DNA of 64,000 bases, taken from Camelus ferus. Lineage: Eukaryota. The translations under genes and the position numbers were made by a program. The notes under the pieces are model-generated. The model saw only the letters and a list, made by a program, of their open reading frames with translations, made no database searches and had not been told where the DNA came from. How positions within the stretch are numbered: the stretch's first letter is position 1; every line of letters begins with the position of its first letter. Of this stretch, positions 14,161 to 26,040 are shown piece after piece. The DNA is taken from the NCBI RefSeq assembly GCF_009834535.1, contig NC_045697.1, positions 98,892,001 to 98,956,000 on the forward strand. The letters are read 5' to 3'.

Positions 14161-17029
14161 AGTAAAAGTAGTCCCGATATTAGTGAATAGCTTTTCTGTG
14201 GGTTTTGTCAAGCCCTTGTTTTTCAGTGTTGTTTGTACTCCATGGTATATTGCTGTTAGAGCTGTGAAATGAAAGCTGTGATTGTTAAGAAGAGGCCAGA
14301 GAAGTGTGGTCTAGATTCAGGTAGGTTGTGATAAATTCAGGGCTGACTCTTCTCTTCTGCACCATTTCTAGGAATGTATCAGTTGCCATATATAGCATCT
14401 GTTTGGAAAATGGTTAAAAGTGAAGTGTTGGATTTTCTTACAAGATATGTATATACTTCTCTTAGTAATTACTAGCCTTAAATTTTGAAATTCGAAGAAA
14501 GACCTTTCAGGTGGAAGGTATTCTTCCTGTTCTAGCTCATGCTCCATTCTTTTAAGTTACAGGCAGGGTTTCTTGATACCATTCTGTTGTTATCTAAACT
14601 TCGCTAAATCCACTGCCAAACCTAAATTAAAAACGGTCCCATGAAATGGCTATATGCTGGCCCAATATGGGGCTGAAACCTTAGGTTTTATTTCATTTTT
14701 TGATGGTTAGAAATCTCAATTTGTAGCAATAAAACTTTTTTTTAAAGTTACAACTCTATTGCACCTTCACCTTTCAATATGCATTCTACACAATGATGTT
14801 GAAATAGAAGTATTAGTAGTGTGCAGGAGTTTCTGGAGAAAAGAATACTTAATTTTGATAAAGCAGAAGATTATCTGTTACATACTCTATGTTATACAGC
14901 CTATTTAACAGTGCTACCTCCATAAAGACATACCCCCTCTTACAGTGATGTAAAAATATATAGAAGGAAAGGGAAGCAACGTGTTGTAGGAAAGAGGGTC
15001 TAAAGATTTCCAACCTCTGGATTTATGTAATTGCCTTTGATTTGATGCCATCGTGGGATTGTAGCCAGAAGAAAGAAAAACTGGTACTATTTAAATTAGA
15101 ACTTTTATTAAATTGTCAAATATAGATAGGCTTGGAATTTTAATCCTCAGGGCTCTTTTTAAAATATGAGGACTTTGTGTCCATTTTAAGTGTCGGTATT
15201 ATTTCATACAAGTGGTATGGTTCTTCCTAACTGAAAAAAAAATTGATGGTGATGAATATATGATGGGAAATTTCCTATTTGTGATGTAATTTCTCCTGTT
15301 GGCTAAATCTTTAACTTGGCCTCAATAAGTACAAATTATCTTCTCATTTAGATACAACATAGGAGTGGAGAGATTTTTGGAAAGTATTCTGGATCCCATG
15401 GCTTGCTCTCAGTTAGTAATTAAATTTGCCTTCTATATATACTTACCTATGCATTGTCTGACAAACAAGAAGCCTCTCTCCATACCATTCTATGGCTATC
15501 TTTACAATTTACCATAGTTTCATAACACTGAGCTTTTATAAACTTGCTACTTGTTTACTTTGATCTGCAAGTTTATCAAATCCATTGTCTAGTACCTTGA
15601 TGCCTCATTACAACTGGTCTAGGTACTGGGTTTTCTAAAGTATTCTAAAACTCTGATGTTTCTTAATTGTTAGTGAGTATCTAAGTTAGCTACCACTTCC
15701 CATCTTTTCTTTTGAAGTACTATTTGCCCCCAAGTAGTCTTAACTGCTGGTTGAGATTTTTTAAAATGAAAAGAGGACCATTTAAAGAAGTGAATAATAA
15801 ACCTGTCTCCCAGATCCTTCCCTTTTCTTCTTTAAGTTCTAAACTAAATACTAATTGGAATGGAATGGAATACTAAATACTAATTCTTCCCTTCATTAAC
15901 TTAGTAGTTTTTTCTAAGCTAAATTTAATAACGGTATTGGAAGTATTCAGAAACATATTCAGATAGTATTGCTGTACTATTAACCTTATTTGCTCAGATG
16001 CTCATTGAAAAGGACCTAAGAATAAGCCAGCTGCTTCACTTGTAAATTTTTTTATAACCTAAAATTTTATTTCAATAGCTTCCATTATTTCAGTCATTCC
16101 ATTTCACATAGCGTTTTTCATTGACCTGCTAGGATGCTTTTATTTTAGAGAAATATCTAATTACAGTGTCATATTGTAATCAGTTAAATGATTACTGCGT
16201 TGATTCAGACACATGTAAATCCATTCTAATCTGATGTATGAAATCTTGAGGATTTACACTGTGTACATTATACTAAAAGGTATAGTAACTAGGGCAGTAC
16301 AGTAGTAGATACTCAAATCCTTGCTGCATTTGCTGTGAGTATCAGTAATGCCCTACAGATTGTAGAAAACAGCAGTAAAGTACTATTAACTTTCAGGTCA
16401 CCTACAAAGGCTCATGAATTTTTTATCCCTTGTCTATTGATTTATTAGAGTATTCCCATTTTTCTTCCCCTTGTCTCTCTCTGTTGGTCTTAAGGAATTT
16501 CCTCAAAATACCACAGATACTTTATTTATGTTGAATGAATCTCTCTCATCTAATTTTTGGTTTTTTTCCTATAGTTTTTCAGAGGAATGGTTGTGGCTGG
16601 CCTTGTAGGAAGCAGATGACTGGCGGACCATCCTCTAACTTTCTCAGTTGCCTGTTCACTGTGGCATTAGTTGGCAGTGAATCTACTCATCCTTCATGTC
16701 TTTAGCAACCAACCACCCAGGTAACAATCATGTCCAGTGGAATTAAGTTACTGCAAACATTGTCACTCAGTAGTTGTTTTATCTTTCAAAGAGCATATAA
16801 GGGGACTGGTAACATACAAGGCACTTACCTGTGAGGCTCTGTTTTCTGTAGCCTAGTATCTGTATTTAATAATCATTACAAGTAAGGTGGGGACCTGCAG
16901 TGGTTATTTCTAGAGACGTGATCTATATGTAGCCAGTGTTCATCACAACTAATAGCTGTGGTCCACAACTGATCTCCTCTACTTAGAATTGGCAATTGGA
17001 TCTTTTTAAGTCATAAACTTAATCCTAAT

Positions 17030-17249
17030 TGTATGTTAGAATCCCACGGGTACTACTTAAAAACGCAAACTTCACTGTCCAGGCCCACCTGCAAAAATTC
17101 TGGCTTAAATTATCCGGAGTCAGTCCTGGACATTGGCCTTCCTTCTTCTCCCACTTGTTTTCCTCCCCTCTTCCCTCCCTGTCCCTGCCCCCCCACCCCC
17201 ACCCCACCCCACAGTGATTCTGAGGTGCATCTAAAGTTGAGAACCACTG
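17030..17249. mobile_element. MER5A-like hAT-Charlie element with internal C-rich tract
   Basis: ttagaatccc...cccacct...aagttgagaaccactg terminus typical of MER5. Confidence 0.65.
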
Positions 17250-18774
17250 TCCTTTTTGAGGAAGGGGCAAGCAACTATGTAAGTGCAAAAAGATTAACTT
17301 TCCCCTATCTTACATTAAGTGGAAGAATTTGTATTGAACTTTCTGTCAAGAGCTTTCTGGTTATTTTTGAAGTCCATGCTTTTTCTCTACTTAAATCATG
17401 CTGCTGCTCTACTATCTGAGATGCTGGTATTGAAAGAAAAAAAAATACCTCTGCATAGTTTTATTAGATGTCATGGTAATTTGGCTTCATTGAAGCAACT
17501 TTTAGAATATAACTGCTTTGGGTAGATGGTTGAGTTTTTGAATGGACGCGTTCTGAGTCAGCAGGCTTTTCAAGGATAGGTGGTAGGTATTACTCCCTGA
17601 AAATTCATACACTCCAAATAGACATATCTAACCTCCAATCAAATACATATTTTTTTCTCCCTAAAGGACTACATTTTTCTATAAATGAGTGAATTGGTAT
17701 TACAAATCTAAGATGTGATAGGAACCCTGAGTCTAGGACAGACAATTCAAACCAAATGTTGACTTGTTAGTATAGAACCTGGAAAGGAGATTTACATGCT
17801 ACAGAATCATATATGAAATGAAAACCTGCTTTATGAGATCTGTTAAAATAACATTCTGGATTGACCCTCCAAATTTATTCAACCTAGTATTTTTCTTTAA
17901 TAAAATAGGAATTGTTTTATAGATTAACCCTCAAGTCTATCTAGTTTGTTCTTAACAGCCAGAGATTTTGATAAAAGAGTCTGGTTGATACTAATATGCC
18001 ATTCTTGAGTACATGGACGTGGATGATTTTCCTTCACCTTTGCAAACTGGAAGGTCAAAATTGTTTTAATCTCTTCAAGTGAAAGGCTTACTTTATGCTT
18101 TAGCTACTTTTCTCTGATCCTTATGACTAGATGCCAAATTTCTGGCATGAACATTTTGTGGCTTGACATAACAGTAGTATGAAGTAGTTAAAAACATAAG
18201 CCCTTAGATCAGACAGATCCAAGTTTAAATCCTGGCTCGGTACCTTGGGCAAAATACTGAGAATTTCTAGTTCATATAGTTGTTGGAAGGATTAAATAAC
18301 ATACTGTATCTAAAGGGATTACCACAAAGACTGACACATAGTAAGCATTCATTATAAATATCAGTATTTGCAGAGGATGTTCTTAGCTGTTTTCACTTCG
18401 CTTTGCTTAATCGAGCAGTGTTCTACTTGAATGTCTTGTCTCCTTTGGCACATTGAGCCAGCATACTCAGAAAGTAGTTTATAATCTTTTCCTAGACACT
18501 AAAAGCTCAAATTGTGATTTTTCCCCCCTAGTATTTTACATGTGCTAGCACTTTACACTGTTTTGCCATTTCACACAGTAGATAAAACCATCTGCAATAC
18601 CTGCATCCTCCTTCATTTTGACATTCATGGAAACTTTTACTCGTGTTAGTGAGCTTGGCAGATTTCTTGATGCTGCTGTTTAAAGTTATTTGGAAGATAT
18701 GAAATAAGGCCAGTCCCAGTGTTCTTCCTTCACTACTCTGTGGTGATGATTTCATTATGATGCATGTCCTTCCT

Positions 18775-19860
18775 TCCATCCATTCAGTAGTTATTGAATG
18801 CTTGCCACCTCCAGGAACTATGTTTCATATTAGGAATATATGATGTAGTCCTTGCTCTCAGTTTTCACAGGCTAGTGAAGGAGACAGGCAAATCAAGAAA
18901 TGATTGCAGCAGCAATATATAAACCTCTGAGTCACTATTCATTTCTATTTAGATGGACTAGGAAAAGCTTAACAGAATCCTCAGTTGGGTTTGGAAAGAT
19001 AAAGATGCATTTCCTACACAGACTAAAGATGGCATGTGCCTAAAGGCACAGATACATGAAAGAAGATAATGTATTCAGGAACTGTATGTAAAATAATGTG
19101 AATAGAATCTGGGAGATGAGGCTGGGACTCATATTAAAGAGAGACTTAGATGATCTACTGAAAGACTAAATTTGGCTTTGTGTAAGCAGAGGTCACTTAT
19201 TGACGAATTAGGGAAGGATGACAAGAATTTGAGAGAATTCTGCTAGTAATGTGATGGAAATGGGAGCAAGATGGGAGGCACCAAGACTAATCAGAAGACT
19301 CAAGTTGAGCTAATGAATAGTAGATATCACTCACTGAGCTCTTACTATGTGCCAGGCAATGTAAACATTTTGTACCCATCAGCTCTTTAATCCTTGAAAA
19401 AACCATATAAGGTAGATATTGTTACCATTTAACAGAAAACTTGAAGACTGTAATTTTCCCATGGTCACATAGCTTATAAGTGATAAAAATCTGCATTTAA
19501 ACCAAGTATGTCTAACTCCAAAGTGCTTGTTTCTAATCATTGTAACATCGGATGAGAAGTGGTAAGGACAAGAGCAGTTAAGTATGGAGAGGAGAGCAAG
19601 GATACAAGAGGCTAAGAGGGTAGCACCTGGGTCAGCTGGCTGTATTGGAGGGAAGGGAGCAGTGCATGGAGGAGTAAGAAGAGTTAGCAGTGATGCCCAG
19701 TGTTTGGCATTGTCTTTAACGGTATCATTAAACAGTAAAGAACTGGGAAGAAGAAATTGAGGGAGAAGAGGTCTTTTCAGATATGAATTTTAGGCATGTA
19801 AGTACCATAAGATGTGTAGTAGGCAGCTAGGCATTTGGGTCTGAAACTTAGAAGAGAGGT
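18775..19860 (-). mobile_element. Degenerate L2 fragments with a MIR (about 19320-19545)
   Basis: catccattca...ttattgaatgct L2 3' end signature, purine-rich body, MIR core tactatgtgccaggca...ggtcacatagct. Confidence 0.6.
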
Positions 19861-20121
19861 GACTTGTGGTCTGCAGGGTCAAAATAAAGATACTATAATT
19901 TACATTTATCAGGTTGGTAAGATCTTAGAAATCTGAATATCAAATGTTGGCTAAGATGTTGAAAAACAACATAGGAACTCTCAGGTGTACTGCCTTGGGG
20001 AGTATAAATTGGCATAATCATTATGAGGGCAATTGGCAATATTCATTTACTAAAAGTAAACAATACTAAGTTGGTTTATGGATATATTCACATAAAGCAC
20101 ATGTTTAAAAACGAGTTTGGT

Positions 20122-20254
20122 GCAGAAGAGTTATAGCTCAGTGGTGGAGCTCATGCTTAGCATGCACAAGGTCCTGGGTTCATTCCCTAGTACCTCTGTT
20201 AAAAATAAATAAATATAAATAAATAAACCTAAATACCACCCCCTTCCCCCAAAA
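20122..20254 (+). mobile_element. tRNA-derived SINE, camelid vic-1-like
   Basis: tatagctcagtgg (A box), gggttcattccc (B box), gcttagcatgcac core, (AAAT)n tail, agtttgg on both flanks. Confidence 0.85.
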
Positions 20255-21499
20255 AGTTTGGGAATTATAAACAAAAAATTCAGGACAGTGTTTCTCTTTA
20301 AAGGAGGGAGAGGCACATAGGTGGTCTATAATTTTTATTTCTTAAAAAACATGTTTGGAGATAAATATGGCAAAATGTTAATATTGGGTATTTTGTTGAC
20401 TTTGGGTCTATGTGGGATACTTTTATAAAGTTAAATAGATACATACAATTTTTTATTCCCCACTGAAAAAGTGGGACAAAGATATACTAATTCACTCAGA
20501 AAGTAGGAAAACTATCTATAGTGGAAACAAATGCTTCTTTGTTTCCTATACTCTCCCATAAGGTTAAGGGTACTTTTACTGATTTATCAAGAGAGATGAG
20601 AAAATCAAAAGTAGGTAGGAGGATTCCCAGAAGGTGTAACATATATTTTCAGGGGGAAAAGAGGCTCCAGTAATGCCTAAACCATTATTGTCCTTTGTAA
20701 TTTCCAAAGTGCTCATACATAGGTATTATTACCCCTCCTTTACAGATGAACATCTCAAAAATGTTACATGACTTTCTGACGGTACCCACCTAGTAGCAGA
20801 GAGCTGGGTCGAAGAACCCGTGTATGTCTCTCCCTGTGTTGCTTCTACCATTATCAGCTGGGTGTTCAGGTTCACAAAACTGCAGATGTTAGAGCAGGAA
20901 CTTGAACTGAGGTTTTCATTTAAAGGCAAACTAATACACTATGTTCCTGGATCACATTATTTTGCCTATATTACCGAAATTAAATGCCTTGTGCTATTTA
21001 GAATTGCCTTAGAAGAAAGAATTGTTGAAATTAAAAAATGGATATTTTCCAAACTGTGCATTTTTACACAGTATTTCTTTAGCCCTTTGATATGTACAAC
21101 ATATTTTATGCTGACCCTGCTTTATATTTCAGACTTACCTTTTTCCCCCAATAATCCCCTGTTAGGCTGGAGTTTGGATTTCCTTTTACAGTGGGTAAGT
21201 GGATTTTTAACAGGGTAAAAATAACTGTCTTAAGATCATTTACTAATTCTGTGAATTAGAAACTACTATCCTTTATCCCTTAAGTAAAATACAGTGTCCT
21301 GCAAAAGAAACCACTTCGGTGGATAAGATGACCGTAGTAAAGTGGCCAAGAGCTGTATGTTAGAGAGGTATTGATTATTAGAGATTGCCATGCTGTCTTG
21401 CTGAAGTATTATAATTAGAAGCCAAGATAATAGGGTCTATTCTGTACTTACCTTTCACCCAACTACTGTGTTATATTGCAGGCCAAAGAGTGACTCTTC

Positions 21500-23150
21500 C
21501 TGAGTAAAAGGAGGGAAAAATTACCATTATTGAAAATGATCATAAACTCACAAATTCTAAGGTTTATGAGATTTTGCAATTACGGGAGTCCTTCATAAAT
21601 TTAGAAAAATCAATTTCCACAGAGTAGTGAAAATTGAAGCCAGGGAAGCTGATCAGTGTATGGGAGGTGAAGACAGACTTCAAGAGAATTCCACTTTTTT
21701 GAAAAGCTTTAAATGAGATGGAAAGGAAAGATGGGAGGGCAGAAACCACAAGGAAATAAAAGGGTAAAAAGAGATACAATATTTGAGAGACTTCAGCATG
21801 ACTGTAATTAGAATGAAGGAACCTATAGAGAAGAAGGGAGAAAATTGATGGAGTCAGATCCCAAAGGAGACAGGAAAGGTGGGCCTTGAAAAGATACCTT
21901 TTCTCAGAAACGAGAAGGAAGTAAGAGAATGGTATAAATAAAGTTCTAGCTGTGAGAAGAGAGGTTTATATTAGATGGTCTCAGTATTTTTTATGAAGTA
22001 GAAAGGAAAAGCTCATGTTATTTGTGAAGTAGGAAGGGTTAAAAGATTAGGTTGGGGGGTCCAGAAAAAAATGGAGATGGTTTGGAACGGACAACTGACT
22101 AAAGACAGAAGCATTAATGAACAGTGTTAACCGTCATATTGAGTTTGGAAATCATGAAAATACAGTGGTTTTATGATTATTTCTAGTACCTCAGTTGAAT
22201 GGCCTATTGGATTGACCCAGAATTGTGAGTTGAGTGATGCATAGAGGAGAAAGACAAGGATGAAGGGAAGAGGGTTGAGGGTGTTGGTGCCTAGTGCCTG
22301 GCAGAATATAGCACTGTTCTAGAATTGCGAGTTGAAAGACAGATACCAGGGAAGGAAAACTGTGGAGGGAGGTTGAAAGCACTAGTGAGAGAATAGATCA
22401 TATGACAAATTAAGAGATCCAGGCCAGGTATGGAAGGAAGTGGGACCAAGAATAGACTGGAAGAAAGGCAGTATTACAAGAATGAAGGTCTTAATGAGAC
22501 TGGATCAGAGGTACTATGCATGGAAGGAGAAGGGTACTGAAATCACTCAGAAGTACTCTATAACAAAACAGAGTATGACCCAGGGAAGGAGGTTGAAGTG
22601 GCCCTGGAACTGTGCTGTTTGGGTCAGACCATCCACACGAATATTGAAATCTCCTAGGAAATGATGAAATGAATTGAGGTTTAAAGGAATAACATGATCT
22701 AGGTGTAATGTTATTGTGGAGAATGATGTGGACGTTAATGGATATTGGGGAAAAAGCAAGCTAACGGGTGCCAAAAGGAGATGGAATGACTTAAAAGGAA
22801 TGGAAGTTTTCATAGGAGAGTGAAATGCTCTAGAAGAGGCTTTGGGACAAAAATGGGCAATACCAGTTCTGAGCCTTGTGGTACATATAGTTTGAGGAAA
22901 CTGCAAAGGAAGCTGTATCTTTGAGAAAGAGGTTGAGGAAATAGAAGACATATTCATGAAAAAAGCTGAGGGCATAGATGAATTTATTTATAGTGGAATT
23001 GGTTGCCAAGTGGAACCAGGCTGGAAAAGGCTAAGGGAGGATTTTGTGGGAAAGGTGGGGACGAGCGGATCACGAGGGCATGCTGTCAGGTACATGGAAG
23101 TCTGGAGACAAGAAATAAAAGCGATCTGATGGATGGGTGGGAGGCTGCCT
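21500..23150 (-). mobile_element. Degenerate L2 LINE body
   Basis: Long purine-rich tract; minus-strand remnant LGDFNI (endonuclease motif) in ORF 22547..22975. Confidence 0.7.
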
Positions 23151-24389
23151 TCTGAGCAGTGACCAGGAATGAAAAGGTTGGATGAAACTAGTTTCTCAGC
23201 TTTTTGCCTAGTTGTTATGAACAAAACTGTTGAACTGAGGGTCCCAGGCAGTGTTTGACCTTATCTTTGTAGAAGGGTTTATAAATCCATGGTGTGGTGA
23301 TAATTGCTGGATCCTTGCAGGGGCTGCTGTGCAGAATGCTGAGTGTGTTAGTGTGGCCTAGTTGCTGCTGGACTGCCTTATGGTTTAAACAAGCAGCCAT
23401 TGATTTGCCACACTCTGACAGGCATGTAGCAGACGTGCTGGAAGACAGAACCCAAGGACTTTCTCTATAGGACTGCACCCTCTTTAGTATAAGGATCAGT
23501 ATCTGTTTTATATAAGACACAATCCCTATTTTCCCCACTTTTGAAAAAGGTAGATTTCATTCACCAGTCTTTGGAGGGATATAGTGGGAAAAGCATGGAC
23601 TCATACAGACTTGGGTCTGAATAATGCTGGAAGCTTCTCAGGCAGTTTACTTAACTTTTCTGAGTCTTACTACATCATGGGTGTAATATAACCTTGTACA
23701 AATGCCAAAGACAAAAAATACTTTAATAAAAATTATCTCATCATTAATTATTTCATAAAAGTCTATTAAAGAGTATCTGCCATGCACTGTGCTGGGTTCT
23801 GGGAATCCAGTGATGAACATGACATGGCCTTTGCCTTAAGACCCTTACAGTTTAGTAGAAGGAGGAACAAAGATAAATACATGCAATGACAAGTGAGGGG
23901 TGCCTTGATAGGTGCATACATGGAAAACAGTGGGAGCCCAAGGGAGCAACAGTAAGTTCTGCCTGTCTGAGGTGGAGTGAGAAGGCAGGGAGTATCCTTA
24001 GCTGGTCCTTCTCAGTTTTCTGTGCTCATCTTCCTTCCACTCTATGGGCATGTCTGTCTTCATCATTAATTTTTATCATTCAGTAATTAGTATCATCATA
24101 TCTTGCCTAAATTAGTCTTTCCCCCATGCTGCAATCATAATATTATTTCTAAAACACAAATCTAATTCCTTGGCTTAGAATCCTTCAAAAGAGCTTCCCA
24201 CTGCTTCTAGAATAAAATAGTTTACAGGCCACTGCAGAATCTCATCTTTCCTTACCTCTTTAACCTCATTATTTCATCACTTTTTTCCTCTTACTCAGTG
24301 CTTTCATTTTATGATAAACTTCTTCCCACTTGTCTTCCCTAAACCCCCAACTGCTCTTGGTGCTCTTTTGAACTAACACAGTGTCTATA

Positions 24390-24872
24390 TGGGGCAGACT
24401 TCACAAGCACTGCAGGTTTGGTCCCAGATCACTGCAATAAGGCAAATATCACAATAAAGCAAGTCACACACATTTCGTTGGTGTCCCAGTGGATATAAAA
24501 GTTATGCTTACACTATACTGTAGTCTGTTAAATGTACAATAGCATTATGTCTAAAAAAGCAATGTACATACGTTTAAGATACTTTATTGCTAAAATATGC
24601 TAATCATCTGAGCCTTCAGCGACTCATAATCTTTTTACAATAGTAATGTTAGAGATCAGTGGTCACAGATCAGCATAACAAATATAATAGTAATGAAGTT
24701 TGAAATATTGGGAGAATTACCAAAATGTGACACACAGACACAAAATGAGCAAATGCTTTGAAAAATGGCATCAATAGACTTGCTTGACGCAGGGCTGCCA
24801 CGAACCTTCAATTGGAAACATAATTTCTGCACAGCACAATAAAGCAAAGCACACTGAAGCCAGGTCTGCTTG
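24390..24872 (-). mobile_element. Non-autonomous Tigger1-derived DNA transposon
   Basis: Both Tigger1 ends present with an internal deletion; decayed CAGGCATACC-type TIRs; TA on both flanks. Confidence 0.85.
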
Positions 24873-25669
24873 TACTTCTGCTCTCATAGCACCCACTACG
24901 TTGTATTGAAATACCCAGTTTGTGGCCCTGACTATATCCCACAGGGCAGGGATCAAGTTGGTTGGCTGTTTTATTTACTGTTTTACTTATAGTTTGTGTG
25001 TGTGATACGGGAGAGCCTTGAGCATGAGGTAGTCAGAGGATACACAATCGCCTGCCTGGGTTGAGGCTTGTATTCATGGGGACAGCATAAGGCTCACTGT
25101 GACAGTCACATGCACACCTTTAGGAAGGAAATTTACTTGGTTTGGGCCTTCTGTATGTTCCTTGAATAGCTGCATAAAAGAGAAATTGAACACTGTCAGG
25201 AATGTTTCAACAATATACCCAGTATTCAACAACTACATGGCGATGCCATCTCTACAGTTTATGCCGAAATGAAGAAGGTGATTAAAATTAAATTTTTTCT
25301 GTCAGTGAATAGTCTGTTTTTACATTATTACATGAGGTAGTAACAGGACTATTTATTCCATTATCTACTTGTATTCTGAATTTAAGTATTCCCTAGTATT
25401 CCCTAATAAAGCTGAGCAGTTTCAATCTATAGAAATAAGATATTGTAGACCATTCTACCTTATGCAAGGTACTTACTCATTTAACTATAATAGTTTATAC
25501 CTAGTCATATAAGTGCTTTTGTCTTTTTTGCCATGATTATCTTATCTGGTCCAGAAATTAAAACACACACACACTGATCTTATTTAAACATCACATAATC
25601 TTTTACTCAGATGTGACATAAAATAGTATAAAAGATGAAGTTGATGGTCCTCAAAGGGAAGTGTTATGT

Positions 25670-26040
25670 TTTAAAAACAGTTTTATTGAGGTATAATTTA
25701 CATACAGTAAACAGTAAAGTCATATTTAATATGTACAACTGATACATGTACACGGCCATGAAATCATCACCACAAAGTAGTGAACACACCCATCACTCCA
25801 GAAAGTTTTCTCATGCCCTTCTGTAATCCTTCCCTCCTACCCTGCCCAGCCCCAATCTCAGCTTCCTGTATCTATAGATTAGTTTGCAGTTTCTAGAGTT
25901 TGATATAAAAGAGATCATCATACAGTATTTACTTTTTTTAATCTGGTTTCTTTTACTCAGCATAATGATGTTGAGAATCATCTGTGTTGCTGCATGTGTC
26001 AATGGTTAATTCCTTTTTAATGTTGAGTGATATTCCCCTA
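25670..26040 (-). mobile_element. Old L1M 3' end fragment
   Basis: ttttattgaggtataatttacatacagtaa...cttttactcagcataatg. Confidence 0.8.

Noticed and set aside
24993..25028. 36-nt micro-exon candidate (tatag|...GAG|gtagtc)
   Set aside because: Weak donor and no further support; such pairs are common by chance
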